A stretch of 64,000 bases of DNA from Heterodontus francisci (lineage: Eukaryota): NCBI RefSeq assembly GCF_036365525.1, contig NC_090385.1, forward strand, positions 52,782,581 to 52,846,580, read 5' to 3'. The notes under the pieces are model-generated. The model was not told the DNA's origin. It worked only from the letters and a program-made list of their open reading frames with translations, and did not search any database. Below, in pieces: positions 26,259 to 39,584 of this stretch (positions are counted from its first letter, which is position 1; each line of letters starts with the position of its first letter). A program made the position numbers and the translations under genes.

Positions 26259-28100
26259 GGATTAAGGAGAATCCCAAGGCTTTTTATACGTATATAAAGA
26301 GCAAGAGGGTAACCAAGGAAAGGGTTGGCCCACTCAAGGACAGAGGAGGGAATCTATGTGTGGAGCCAGAAGAAATGGGTGAGGTACTAAATGAGTACTT
26401 TGCATCAGTATTCACCAAAGAGAAGGACTTGGTGGATGATGAGTCTAGGGAAGGGAGTGTAGATAGTCTGGGTCATGTCGTTATCAAAAAGGAGGAGGTG
26501 TTGGGCGTCTTGCAAAGCGTTAAGGTAGATAAGTCCCCAGGGCCTGATGGGATCTACCCCAGAATACTGAGGGAGGCAAGGGAAGAAATTGCTGGGGCCT
26601 TGACAGAAATCTTTGTATCCTCATTGGCTACAGATGAGGTCCCAGAGGACTGGAGAATAACCAAAATTGTTCCTTTGTTTAAGAAGGGTAGCAAGGATAA
26701 TCCAGGAAATTATAGGCCGGTGAGCCTTACGTCAGTGGTAGGGAAATTATTAGACAGGATTCTTCGGGACAGGATTTACTCCCATTTGGAAACAAATGAA
26801 CTTATTAGCGAGAGGCAGCATGGTTTTGTGAAGGGGAAGTTGTGTCTCACTAACTTGATTGAGTTTTTTGAGGAAGTGACGAAGATGATTGATGAAGGAA
26901 GGGCAGTGGATGTTGTCTATATGGATTTCAGTAAAGCCTTTGACAAGGTCCCTCATGGCAGACTGGTACAAAAGGTGAAGTCACACAGGATCAGAGGTGA
27001 GTTGGCAAGATGGATACAGAACTGGCTTGGTCATAGAAGATAGAAGGTAGCAGTGGAAGGGTGTTTTTCTGAATGGAGGGATGTGACTAGTGGTGTTCCG
27101 CAGGGATCAGTGCTGGGACCTTTGCTGTTTGTAGTGTATATAAATGATTTGGAGGAAAATGTAGCTGGTCTGATTAGTAAGTTTGCGGATGACACAAAGG
27201 TTGGTGGAGTTGCGGATAGTGATGAGGATTGTCAGAGAATACAGCAGGATATAGACCAGTTGGAGACTTGGGCAGAGAAATGGCAGATGGAGTTTAATCC
27301 GGACAAATGTGAGGTAATGGATTTTGGAAGATCTAATACAGGTGGGAAGTATACAGTAAATGGCAGCACCCTTAGGAGTATTGACAGGCAGAGAGATCTG
27401 GGTGTACAGGTCCACAGGTCACTGAAAGTGGCAACGCAGGTGGATAAGGTAGTCAAGAAGGCATACGGCATGCTTGCCTTCATCGGTCGGGGCATAGAGT
27501 ATAAAAATTGGCAAGTCATGCTGCAGCTGTACAGAACTTTAGTTAGGCCACACTTAGAATATTGCATGCAATTCTGTTCGCCACACTACCAGAAGGACTT
27601 GGAGGCTTTGGAGAGGGTACAGAGGAGGTTTACCAGGATGTTGCCTGGTCTGGAGGGCATTAGCTATGAGGAGAGGTTGGATAAACTCAGATTGTTTTCA
27701 CTGGAACGACGGAGGTGGAGGGGCGACATGATAGAGGTTTACAAAATTATGAGTGGCATGGACAGAGTGGATAGTCAGAAGCTTTTTCCCAGGGTGGAAG
27801 AGTCAGTTACTAGGGGACATAGGTTTAAGGTGCGAGGGGCAAAGTTTAGGGGGGATGTGCGAGGCAAGTTCTTTACACTGAGGGTGGTGAGTGCCTGGAA
27901 CTTGCTGCCGGGGGAGGTGGTGGAAGCAGATACGATAGCGACGTTTAAGAGGAATCTTGACAAATACATGAATAGGATGGGAATAGAGGGATACAGTGCC
28001 TGGAAGTGCAGAAGGTTTTAGTTTAGGCAGGCATCAAGATCGGCGCAGGCTTGGAGGGCCGAATGGCCTGTTCCTGTGCTGTACTGTTCTTTGTTCTTTG
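26259..28100 (+). mobile_element. Young 5'-truncated CR1 LINE; ORF2 broken only by one in-frame TAG
   Basis: ORFs 26255-27043 and 27053-28021 lie in the same frame and cover the RT (NYRPVSL, QHGF, GVPQGSVLGP, FADD); (TTCTTTG)n tail. Confidence 0.95.
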
Positions 28101-30099
28101 AAAGGTTGAACAGGTTGGGCCTATTCTCATAGGAGTTTAGAAGAATGAGAAGATATCTTATTGAATCATATAAGATTTTGAAGAAGCTTGACAGGATAGA
28201 TACTGAGAGTGTATTTCCCCTCAAGGGAAAATCAAGAACGAGGGGGCATAGTTTCAGAATAAGGGTCGTCCATTTAAGACAGAGATGAGGAGGAATTTCT
28301 TCTCTCAGAGGATCATAAACCTTTGGAATTCTCTTCCTCAGAGCTGAGGAGGCTGGGTCATCGAATATATTCAAGGCTGAGATAGATGGATTTTTGAACT
28401 ATAGGGGAGTCAAAGATTATGGGGAACAGGCAGGAAAGTGGAGTTGAAGCCAAAATCAGATCCGCCATTTTGTAATTGAATGGCACAGCAGGCTTATGGG
28501 GCTGTATGGCCTACTCCTGCTCCTATTCTTATGTTCTTATGTTCCTCACTAAGTCTTCCTCGCTATGATCTGGGGCCTTGTGCCAAAATTGGGAAAGCTG
28601 TCCCACAGACTAGTCAAGAACAGCCTGACATAGTCATACTTACAGAATCACTCCAGTAACAGTTTAAAATCAATGTTCATGACAAAATCAGTGTGCCTTA
28701 TTCTTGGCAGGTGGGGTCCTAGCACGACAATTATTATTAAAGGTACTGTGGTTACTAATGGAGTAGGACCATTGCTCTTCACAATCTTTATTAATGATCT
28801 GGTGAAGGCATTGGGGGAATGGTCCACAAATTTGTGGATTATACAAAGATTTGTTTGAGTATAGAAACTTGGATGAGACAAAATCATAGAATCATACAGC
28901 ACAGAAGGAGCTATAGAAAGGTGATATAGAAACCCTGGAAAAACTTCAGAAGAGGGCCAATGGGTTAATACCTAGCTTCATGCCCCTTAATTCCACAATA
29001 GGCTTACAGAGCAGGAACTTTTTATTTTGGAAAAACATAGACTTTGGGAAGATTTGATTGAACTTTTAAAATAATGAAGGGACTAAACTGTGTTTGTATG
29101 GGTAGATAATTTGGATTAGATACATTAGGGAAAACTAGGGAGGGAGGGGTGTGCATTTCAGTTCCATAAGAATACAACTAGGTTAAATGTCAGGAAATTT
29201 ATCTTCTTGCAGAGCTGTATTGAAGTCCCTGGCACCACAAGCATTCAGGGTCCCTCTGAACTAACCCCACCCCCAACAAACACACAAAAAATCCATTGCT
29301 CCAATCCATTAAAACAGAAATGTGTGGTCGAAGAAATAAGCCTACAGAATGTTTACACACTGCATTAATAATAAAGCAAACCATAGCACAATATACTGCA
29401 CTTCAATGAAACTGCTTAGCTTTAGGGGGGTCCTACAGCCCAGAAAATAAAATAATAGTTGCCTGCCAATTCTGTAAACTGAACACTCAGTCTGTATTCT
29501 ATCACAGCAAATATCTAATAATTAAGGATACAAAACACTAAAACTAAACATTTGAATTGCAGTATTTTCTCAGTAAGCTTGGGAGGTTTTGTTATATTAA
29601 AGGTGCTATAAAAATATAAGTTGTTGTTGTAAGAACAATCCAAGATTTAAAAAAATCCTTATTGCAACATCTCAAAATAATCAAATAATTATATTACCAT
29701 TAGATACATATTTTAATCCTTAATTTCACAGTGGAACATTTTTTTGGAGAAAGGAATGAAAGTGGAACCTTTATTGAACGTTAGAATGGAATCCGTCAGG
29801 AAGCAGAAAATCCTAATAATTACCATTAACAAGTAAGATTTTGCTTGTATTATAGATGAATACATTAATGTAGTAAATTTTATTAATATCATTTTAATAT
29901 ATGTATATATAATTTAATAATATAGTTTTAAAGAAAGTCATTTGGAACTTTTTTCCTCTCCCTTTTCTTTAACACATGCCTCCCTCTTCCCCCGTGTTCT
30001 TTCACTATGTTGGGTTGTTTTCCCTTTAAATGAGTACATTTCCATTCCCACCAACTCGCAGGTCGCGTGCGAGAGGAAGTCCCCCCTCCCCTCCCCTCC

Positions 30100-30290
30100 T
30101 CCCTTTCTTCTCATTGGTCTGATGCGTTCCATTTTGAAAAAGGCTCCTCCCTTAACAACTGCGAACTAGCAACGCATCCTGGCGGCGTGCTGATTGGCGA
30201 GCGCCTGGCAGCCTGGAGCCAATAGTGGAGAGTTGGTGGCTATGCCGCACTTTTCAAAAAAGGTTGGTGTAGCTGGAATTGGAGGAGCTG
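30100..30290 (+). promoter_or_regulatory. CCNB3: CCNB3 promoter: CpG-rich, multiple CCAAT boxes and CHR-like elements
   Basis: ATTGG at 30113, 30193 and 30278; CCAAT at 30219; TTTGAA at 30133 and its reverse TTCAAA at 30253; local CpG enrichment. This is the typical layout of a G2/M cell-cycle promoter (NF-Y plus DREAM/MMB). Confidence 0.7.
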
Positions 30291-30508
30291 AGTGTGTGAG
30301 CGCTGCCGGGAGTGGGGTGATCAGTCCTGGGATACAGAGTCCAAGCCGCTGGCTGCCTTCATCCTGAGCAGAGCGTATTGTAGAGCCGCGTTCTCCACTC
30401 GTTACAGTGAGGATTTATCTTGGAGTCTCTGGACTAAAGCGCCCCTTTGTTTCATTCAGCCTTGTGTTTTCAATCAGTATCGCTTCCACAAAGTTCGAGG
30501 TTCAGCAG
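30280..30508 (+). other. CCNB3: Putative non-coding exon 1 of CCNB3 (start approximate)
   Basis: Follows the promoter and ends at CAG|GTTTGT (donor 30509). The next acceptor is tctcttctgtaaag| ending at 30834, just before the ATG. Confidence 0.45.
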
Positions 30509-30847
30509 GTTTGTAAATTGTTCGAACACCTTTCGTTCTGTTTGATTGCATTAACAATGATGCAAATGTTGCAATCTCTTCCTGCATGTGGATGCGCTCT
30601 GTTTCCCCCAGTGGGCTGCATTTCCACTTTGACCAGATGGGAGGGAGAGTCAGTGAATCCCAACAGGAGAAAGGTCGATACGACTGCAAGATGAGTGTGG
30701 CTTTGTTTTCTTTTGCTGCTTCGGCAAGTAGCGCTTCCAATCTTCTACTCTAATTAACTAATGCATTTATCTTTCTGTTTCCCATTAGTTCATCTGATCC
30801 GGTTCTTTCCCCCTCGCCCCTCTCTTCTGTAAAGGCTTGTCTAAGCA

Positions 30848-30919
30848 ATGCCTCAAGCCTCAGAAGCAAAAATCCCTCAAAGTGGATCATTCGAAAAGGA
30901 GCCTTCTGTAACGGAGAAG
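30848..30919 (+). CDS. CCNB3: Cyclin B3 coding exon 1 (MPQASEAKIPQSGSFEKEPSVTEK)
   Basis: ATG in context gcaATG after a polypyrimidine acceptor; AAG|GTAAGG donor; phase 0 joins the next exon. Confidence 0.8.
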
Positions 30920-31319
30920 GTAAGGACAGTGAGCTAATTGCTATAAAGACAGGAGTGAAAGCCTTTGTGTGTGAATGACGGCGTTCGATTATTATAGAAT
31001 TGTTGCACAGAAATTCAAAAACTTTCAGAAATGCTTTCCAGATTGATGCAGCTGTTTAATGTTAGTGCAAATTCGAATGAGACGCGGTGCATTGAATATT
31101 TGCATATGGTAATCAGACAAGGGAATGGAAAATGGAAACATTCAGTTTAATGTTGTCATCAGAATAATACAAAATGTACATCGATTGATTACATTAGTTG
31201 TCTTTGGAGATGTTTTCAGTAGGGAGAGTGTTGGTTTTTAACGGAAGGAAGTCAGTCATGTCGAGTATGTTTACATTTGAAAGTGTGCACCTGATTTGAT
31301 GACCTAACCGAATCCTGGG

Positions 31320-31492
31320 TAGCAAAGCAGAATACTGTGGGTGCTGGAAATATGAAATAAAAACAGAAAATGCTGGAAATACTCAGGAGGCTAGGCAGTA
31401 CCAGTAGGGAGAGAAACAAAGTTAACGTTTTAGGTCAATGTTCTTAATGAACGGCCATCGATCTGCAACGTTTCTCTCTCCACAAATGCTGG
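31320..31492. mobile_element. Degenerate fold-back Penelope-terminus element in a CCNB3 intron
   Basis: aaaacagaaaatgctggaaatactcag..gttaacgttttaggtc..tctctctccacaaatgctg. Confidence 0.65.
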
Positions 31493-33370
31493 TAGCTCAG
31501 TTTGAACCCAAGAAAGCAGCTTGCTGCAGATTGGGGCTGAAAGTTAATGTAACATAGTATATTTAAAGTAACAGTGTTTTTAAACACTTAGTTACAGGAG
31601 TACAATCTGGATTAAAATTGAGACTTGACTGTGTTAGATATCTGTTGCACCTCGACTACTGGACTTCAGAGGATAGTCTAGAGTTGACATTGAGTTACAG
31701 GTAGATATGAACGTCTTCGATTATTAATTGCTGATTAATGTGTAGTCTGCAATAAATGCCTGTCGGTGGCTAAGCCTTTAATTGTTGTAGCACAACCCAG
31801 CTGTTGCACAGCCCAAACACCTGCTTCCATGCATAATTGGTTCCAATGACGGTGTCTATTTGCAAAGTATATCCTGGTTTGGTAACATTTTAGTTTGTCA
31901 CTTTTTGTTGAACTCTGTTAAATGCTCCTGCTTTTGTACAGTCACATCCTTACTCAAATTCTAGATGTTTAAATTTTTCTTCCTCAAATTGTTGCAGTAT
32001 ATCTGACTACCAGAGTGATGCAGCAGAAAAAAAAGGTGCAGGGTGGTACAACTTTTATGATGTTCAATGATATTGATTGCATGATGTTGGGGATGTTTTC
32101 TCTTAAGTGTTCAAAATTTGTCTTCCAGGCAACAACAATAATCTTTTCCATATTTTTCAGCTCCATCATGTTGGGGGAAAAATTGTTTTTATAAATTCAC
32201 AAAAGAACGAAGGTGTCATCCAAGATTGCATTGCAACAAGGTTTTTACTGCTTTTTGGGACATGTGACATGCTGTGTGCTTTTTAAAAAAAAAAATGTAT
32301 TTGACACCTCTGGCTGCACCAGGAGTGATTGACTTCAATGTAAAAGACAGTTTAGTAAACTGGATCTGCTGGAAGAGCTTGCACTTAATGTTTGCACAGA
32401 TTTGTGGACCCTTATTGTGCTTCATTAAAGATGTGCGACTCAATTGTTAGTAGCTGGCATTGCTCTTGAGCGCAGGTTTGATGCTGGCCAAAACCAAGAT
32501 CTATAAGGACAGAAAATGCTGGAAATACGCAGCAAAATCTCAAAAGATGTTAGTATTTTCGATTTGAGCCACTGTGTCAGAATTATGCTTCAAAATGGAC
32601 AAAATTCTATTCTCTTGGGGATGGAAGTCAGCTCTGATGGTGTCAATGTTGATATTGATCCTCTGAGCAAGAGACATTTGGCATCATATTTGGGCCCTTC
32701 ATTTTAGGTGCAAGGAGGTTTCTATTGCATACTATACAAAAAACACTACTTATGTCACTAATCTCATGGGTTTAGAATGAGTTTAACACAGTGGGGCAGA
32801 AGCGGAAGTTAGTTCAACTGGAGCATATCATTTGTTATAGTCTTCTTCAGGCCATTTCGACTTGGTTTTTGTAAAGGATCTGTCCCTGAAGAGTATTTGG
32901 AAGTCCAATGCAATTTCAGCCATGCAATCCTGGGATCATTAACTTGTCTGTCACAAACTAATGCACCAGCTTTTTCAACCCTGTAGTTTGTGAACGAAAA
33001 TTCTTAATATAACATTGTCTTCATTACTCGCATGTAGCGGCTATTAAACAACCCTACTTTATTTGGCATATTCATTCTTACTTTAGATTCCCACACCAGG
33101 TTGTTGCTTGTATTTCTTGGGTTACTCCTGAATAGCATTCGTGGAAGCCTGGATGCATGTAGTTTGCTTGTCCTCTCTGCCACAAGAGGTGCCAGGATTG
33201 TTGAGCAGGGAATTCGAAGGATTTGGAAGTAATAGCATGAGAGAAAAAAAACTCATTACTAAATCTCCTTTTTGCCAGCACAATGTGTCTGTTGGAATTT
33301 CACAAGTTTTAATGACCAATAATTTAGTTTCAAATGCAAAATGCATAATAATTTCTTCATTCTCATTCAG

Positions 33371-33454
33371 GATGATGGTTTTCATATCAAACGTTCTCCT
33401 TCATCACCCCAAGGTGGTCCCAAGAAGAGATCAGCTTTTGAAGACCTCACTAAT
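33371..33454 (+). CDS. CCNB3: Cyclin B3 coding exon 2 with destruction box
   Basis: DDGFHIKRSPSSPQGGPKKRSAFEDLTN, matching the cyclin B3 motif SPSSPQGGPKKRSAF-D-TN; cag| acceptor and |gtaagt donor. Confidence 0.95.
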
Positions 33455-33577
33455 GTAAGTTCTGTGACTTGGTTCTTTCTTCATTTACCAGGTAAGACTA
33501 TCCCTCTGTGAAAAGTTTGGAGTACTGAAATTTGTATTTTATTCAGACCTTTTTCCTTACCCCTCCAATTCTTGTAG

Positions 33578-33693
33578 GCTAAACAAAGTCAAGACCTGAT
33601 TTCAAAGAAAAAAGCTGGGAAACCAGTGGGTAAGAAATCTCAGAAAAGTACTGTTGGACAAGAAACATCCAAAAACAATGAGAATCTAAAAAG
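33578..33693 (+). CDS. CCNB3: Cyclin B3 coding exon 3
   Basis: AKQSQDLISKKKAGKPVGKKSQKSTVGQETSKNNENLK; tag| acceptor and AG|gtgaac donor; ends in phase 2. Confidence 0.88.
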
Positions 33694-35351
33694 GTGAACA
33701 TCCTACTCCTTCTGATTTTTTTTTTTACATGTCATGAGTATCTAAGTATATGCCAATGGTTGCATTTATATACCATATGTTGAAGTTTCTTAAAATAGTT
33801 AATAGGATAAATTGCTTTATAATTTCAGTAACTGAGGCATATGTGGTAGCTCTTTGGCAGCAGGATCCCTCAAACAAAAATGAGATGCATGATTGGCTAT
33901 TTTGTTTTTTTGGCGATTGAAGGAAGAAAATTTAGCAGGGAGAATTCCTTGCTTTTTGAATATTGCGAGGTGATCTTTTAATGTCCACCTGCTCCACCAG
34001 AACAGTCACTTGTGGTCTTGGTTAAATGTCTCATCCTAAATCCCTCCACCTGCAATGTACTGGCAGACTATGTTATGAACTGAAATTCTGTTAAGGTTTG
34101 AATCGAAAGCCTTCTGACCCAAAGGTGTGAGTGCTGTCAAGCTAACCTTTTTGTTTTCTCTAACTGATTTCCTTTTGTCCCTCAGGCCTTCCCCCTACTT
34201 CTTACAATGTTTTGACTGAGTAATAGCTAGCTTGGGGTTGTCCAACCTTTTCACCTAGGGGGCCACATTACAATTTTTGTCTTGCATAGGGGTCTAGTGA
34301 GACAATTTTTGAAAAGATAAAATTTCTTAATCAAAACAGCAATAAATGTACATTTTTGTGAAGAAGCTTTAAATAAGACTAATTTAATGAGTTTTATTTT
34401 CTCTTCACTATGTTGGACACTGATTTAGTGAGATATCCACCATCATTTTGCTCGCACATGTGTAGCGATGTGGGTCTGTCTGCCTGTCCTTGCTCTCTCG
34501 CTCTGCAATCTACTCTTTACACTCCATGATTTACAAGGAAGTCTGAGACATTCTCTCAAATTGACCATTTGTACCTCCATCACATCCTCTACCTTTATTG
34601 TCTACTACAATCTTTATACCTGTCACTTCAACACTAGGTTTAATTGCCTCTTATAGCTATAGATCTCAGAACCGTAATCGAGACACTGATTACTAATTGC
34701 TCGAGGTAAATAATGGACAGTGGGACATTGCATAACTACCTTGCTTTTTTTGTCTTTAAATTTACATGCATCCTTAACGTAACTATACGCCTCACATTTG
34801 CCATTAAAATATTTTTCTGGGGTAATGTAGTATTGGTGTTCATCTGTTCACTTGTTAAACTTGTTTGGTTTAGTGTGCTGTAAATTGGTTTATTGTCCAT
34901 TTGTAGTTGCATATATTAAAGCATTTGGCCTGTGTAAATATCTGCTGCATCTTTGCCTGCCCCCATGTATATATCATTCCACTGTTAATTGCATCTATTC
35001 CTATTCATTTGCATTGGAAGAAATTTCATATCTGAGAATAGTATACAAAATTATTCTTTTTTTGGCTGTGCAATTGGTTAACTGACAAATCTCAGCTCCG
35101 AGTTCTGTAAAATGTGTTCTAGTGTTATTCCTTTTTTTATTATTGTGACTGAATCACTGATTAATGGGAGGTGGATATATCAAGATTCTGCTGGGAATAT
35201 GGGGTCTTGTAGCAAAACTATTCTTGGATGTCGCCTTAAGGTATTGAAATCATTTGAAGGCAATACCTGACTGATTTTTAATTATTAATAACACAATGAT
35301 TTATACATTGTATAAAAGAATCCCTTCCTCTTTTCCCTTTTCTCCCTTCAG

Positions 35352-35469
35352 TATGGTATCTAAAGCTTCCCAGGAGCATCAGGATAATGCAGTGGAGCTG
35401 AAGAAGCCCAAGGCACAAGTACCACTTAAGGAAAAAGCAGCTGATGTAGATAAATTAGCAGAAATAAAG
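35352..35469 (+). CDS. CCNB3: Cyclin B3 coding exon 4
   Basis: SMVSKASQEHQDNAVELKKPKAQVPLKEKAADVDKLAEIK; strong polypyrimidine acceptor; phase compatible with exon 3; |gtaaat donor. Confidence 0.85.
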
Positions 35470-35939
35470 GTAAATAAATTTCTAGAGAATCGACCAGCAC
35501 AGTCCACTGCTACATCTTAAAGTACTTTACTTAATAAAAAAAAAATTCATTATGTAGGGACTGCCTACATGGCCAACACAACAGCCATTCTGTACCAGCA
35601 ACCCCTCGCAAATAAGCATGAGATGAAGAATGATGAGGCAACAGTTGTAATAGATAAGAAAATATGTACATTTGAGGATTTTAAGCATGGCCAAGTTGGC
35701 ATTGTGCATCCTGTTCTTTCAATATTGGATTCCTTTAGAAGTACACCAGGTTCCCTGAATCTCTTCAGTATTGCTTTTAATAGTCACAAACTTGCTGTTT
35801 GTTACTTGTGCTGTTTAGAAAATAACTACATGTTGTTTTACTACATAACTACAGGCATATTTCTTTTTAAAATATATATATACTATTTTATATAACAGAT
35901 TCTGCTTGGGTTAATCTGAAACTTTCTAAAAATAAATTT

Positions 35940-36687
35940 TACAGTAAATGGCAGAACCCTTAGGAGTATTGACAGGCAGAGAGATCTGGGTGTACAGGTC
36001 CACAGGTCACTGAAAGTGGCAACGCAGGTGGATAAGGTAGTCAAGAAGGCATATAGCATGCTTTCCTTCATCGATCGGGGCATAGAGTATAAAAATTGGC
36101 AAGTCCTGCTGCAGCTGTACAGAACTTTAGTTGGGCCACACTTAGAATATTGCGTGCAATTCTGGTTGCCACACTACCAGAAGGACGTGGAGGCTTTGGA
36201 GAAGGTACAGAAGAGGTTTACCAGGATGTTGCCTGGTCTGGAGGGCATTAGCTATGAGGAGAGGTTGGAAAAACTCGGATTATTTTCACTGGAACGATGG
36301 AGTTGGAGGGGTGACATGATAGAGGTTTACAAAGTTATGAGTGGCATAGACAGCGTGGATAGTCAGAAGCTTTTTCCCAGGGTGGAAGAATCAGTTACTA
36401 GGGGGCATAGGTTTAAGGTGAGAGGGGCAAAGTTTAGAGGGGATGTGCGAGGCAAGTTCTTTACACAGAGGGTGGTGAGTGCCTGGAACTTGCTGCCGGG
36501 GGAGGTGGTGGAAGCAGGTAGGATAGCGACGTTTTAGAGGTATCTTGACAAATACATGAATAGGATGGGAATAGAGGGATATGGTCCCCGGAAGTGCAGA
36601 AGGTTTTAGTTTAGGCAGGCATCAAGATCGGCACAGGCTTGAAGGGCTGAATGGCCTGTTCCTGTGCTGTACTGTTCTTTGTTCTTT
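35940..36687 (+). mobile_element. CR1 3' fragment, same family as 26259-28100
   Basis: Closely matches 27352-28100. Confidence 0.93.
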
Positions 36688-37528
36688 ATCATTTCCAGCT
36701 AACCCTAAATCTTCTCTCATACCGTCACTCAAGTTAACAGTTTGAATTTATTTTTCGATGATTCCATTGCAGCAGAGCTCCAGTTTCTTGCATTGAAAAT
36801 GAATGTGCCCATTCTGTTAATCTAACGGAGGGATGTGCATAGTCAGAAGCGCATCTGCAATGCCAGCAAACCGTGTTATTGAGACTTCAAAACTCTCTTT
36901 TTGGGTTCACACTTCTACTCTGTGTTTTAATGCAAAGTAAATGGCTGCCGCTGGTATTTACATCAGCTTGCAATTCTGGCTGGCCTCAGGCTAGCTGGGT
37001 TTTTAGGCTAGCATTCTGGTTTTTGCACTGAATGCCAAAAGTTCAAAATGGTCCATTGCCAGAATGGAAACAAGTTTGTGGTTCTGGGATTTTTTGACCA
37101 TTTTTCCAAAGAATGAATTCGGATGGAAGAGTTGTATTGAAGGATAGTGTTTTAAAGCAAAGTATATACGTTATAAATTTTTAAAAAGGATCAGAGATAA
37201 ACTGTGTACGATGGGGATTGTCTGGTATAGGATGTCTCCTAGTGTTGTGAACACTGAGCGTAGTGTTTCCAAGTGAATTTGGTATCTATTGAATTAGCAG
37301 ATATTGTATAACTATTTTGTAACCTACCAGCCCTAGGTTCATTAGCTGCCTAAAAGGTGCAGGGAATCTGATGGAGTACTCCTTTCTCGTTAAAGAGTAC
37401 TGATCTCTGTCTAATATTCTGATGCAGCTGAACTGAAACTTATAAAAGTGTAAAAAAGGAAGTGTAATAAATATCACTGTAATTTGCAAAAGGAGAACAA
37501 TTAATTGGAGAAATTCTATGACTTGTAG

Positions 37529-37627
37529 TTGCCTGCTTATGATGAAGTAGATGAAGAGAATCTGAGCGACCCATTCCTGAATGCAATCTATGCAAATGAT
37601 ATATTCAGCTACATGAAGGAAAGGGAG
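37529..37627 (+). CDS. CCNB3: Cyclin B3 coding exon 5
   Basis: LPAYDEVDEENLSDPFLNAIYANDIFSYMKERE; tag| acceptor and |gtaagc donor. Confidence 0.95.
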
Positions 37628-38119
37628 GTAAGCAATCTACTCTTGGAACCATCTTCCTTCCTCCCAAAAAGCAGCATTGTTCTTGTATGTTTCGCAACAA
37701 GATTGCTGTGGTTCCCTGATTTTGCAGGCAGTCTGTGTTTAATTCTCCACTTTGTTGTTTTATCACACCTTACTTTAATACCCAGTGCTCTGCATTTACA
37801 ATCTTTAACATTGGAGGCTGTTTGAAATTCGGATGCAAATGGTAAAAGAATTCTCCAGCAGCTACACAATTGCACTGATGCCACTCACAGGTTTGTTGAT
37901 CATGCAACATAAGTTTCATCAGAGTAGGTCATTGATTTACTGTTTTTAAATCTTCAAAAACAAGCTGGATAAATATCTGGCTTGCAATGGGATTGTAGAT
38001 GTAGCGCAAGTTTGGACTGGACTGACTTTTGTCTATGATGGAAAATCTGTCATCCCTGAATAGAGGAAATGTGAGCATGAATTGATATTCTAGAGTTCTG
38101 ATTATTTTTGGAGCTGGCG

Positions 38120-38431
38120 TATTTATTTATTTAGAGATACAGCACTGAAACAGGCCCTTCGACCCACCGGGTCTGTGCCGACCAACAACCACCCATTTAT
38201 ACTAACCCTACAGTAATCCCATATTCCCTATCACCTCCCTACACTAGGGGCAATTTACAACAGCCAATTTACCTATCACCTGCAAGTCTTTGGGTGTGGG
38301 AGGAAACCGGAGCACCCGGCGAAAACCCACGCAGACACAGGGAGAACTTGCAAACTCCGCACAGGCAGTACCCAGAACTGAACCCGGGTCCCTGGAGCTG
38401 TGAGGCTGCGGTGCTAACCACTGTGCCGCCC
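38120..38431 (-). mobile_element. Full-length HE1/V-SINE-like tRNA-derived SINE
   Basis: tRNA-like head (ggcacagtggttagcac..gggttcagttc), V-domain, (TAAA)n tail. Confidence 0.9.
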
Positions 38432-38723
38432 ATTTTGCAACACTTTTTTTTAATGGATTTGTTGGCGTCTGGAATGAATTGTACAAGGTCTGGTTAAGGG
38501 GAGGGCTTGAGGGGCCAAATGCCCTTAACTTTGCATTTTCTTGTATTATCAGTTGCAAAGGCATCTCTAAATGTAGTTTCCTTTTGTATTGATAAATGGG
38601 GTGGGGGAGTGTTGAAGATGGAAACTGGACGCAATTGGAAGTTGATGTTTGTTGATATGCTTCTGTAGATCTTGGCTAACAGCAAACTAATGTTTAGATA
38701 CATTGTGATTCTTGTGCTGGCAG

Positions 38724-38816
38724 GAGAAATTTGTTCTGAAAGGCTACATGGAAAAGCAGCCTGACCTGAACATTGAGATGAGGGCAATCTTGGTGGACTG
38801 GATGGTTGAGGTACAG
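38724..38816 (+). CDS. CCNB3: Cyclin B3 coding exon 6 (MRAIL motif, start of cyclin box)
   Basis: EKFVLKGYMEKQPDLNIEMRAILVDWMVEVQ; cag| acceptor and |gtaggt donor. Confidence 0.97.
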
Positions 38817-39584
38817 GTAGGTACCATCACCTTAAGTTTTAGGCCACTTTCACTTGATTTTCTTACTAGTAGGTTGGCTTGTTTTGTTCATCTGATTCTT
38901 TCCTCCATACAAGTGTGTCCCTGTACTATGCCACTCGTGGCCAAGAGGGCTGCCAGAGTTGGGACAGTGATGCGGCAAGACTGAGGAATATTGAGGAAAG
39001 TCTGAGTGACTGACTCCCAGTTCTTTCTTCCCTGCCCTGCTTTGTTAGTTTGCAGGTGTGAAGTGTGTCTCCTCCCTTTAGAGCTTTCCTTGTAGAAGGG
39101 GTAGGTTGGAAATTCAGTAGGTTGGAAAAAGTAAAGGGGGCTGCAACACCCTTTCCTTCAAATTGCTTTAATTTGCATACTTCACAAGGATGAAACTGAA
39201 GGATTAGGTTGATGGTAGAAACTGTACTATTGGCTTCTTTCGTGAAACATGAAAAACTCGGAGTATTATGTATGGTGGCTGGAGGTGCATTCAAGGGTGA
39301 CACCAACATTATAGACAACTTCAGCTGAGCCCAGAAACCAAAAATCAAATGACTTACTATAATATGAATGTTCCACATGTTTAGGAGCCTCCTAATGGGC
39401 AAATGTATTTTTATAAAGTTAAGCACTAATTACAAAGCCAATAATTTCCAGAGTTGTTTTTTTTTTGACCCGAGGCTTTGGTCATCTGCCAATCTACAGA
39501 TTTCCCTCACCAACAGCAATTGATCTCAAGATGTGCCTGTTCACAATTTTCCTTTGTAGTCTTAAAAGGAAAGGGCATTAAGCA

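Larger units (their letters stand above)
23473..28543 (+). mobile_element. Host CR1 LINE in fragments 23473-24354, 25825-26258 and 28101-28543
   Basis: PGPDGLHPRVLKE, KFTDDTKIG and RPHLEY motifs continue across both insertions; (TTCTTATG)n tail. Confidence 0.88.

Noticed and set aside
38360-38431. tRNA-like sequence with A and B boxes
   Set aside because: It is the head of a SINE, continuous with a V-domain and LINE-like tail, not a tRNA gene.
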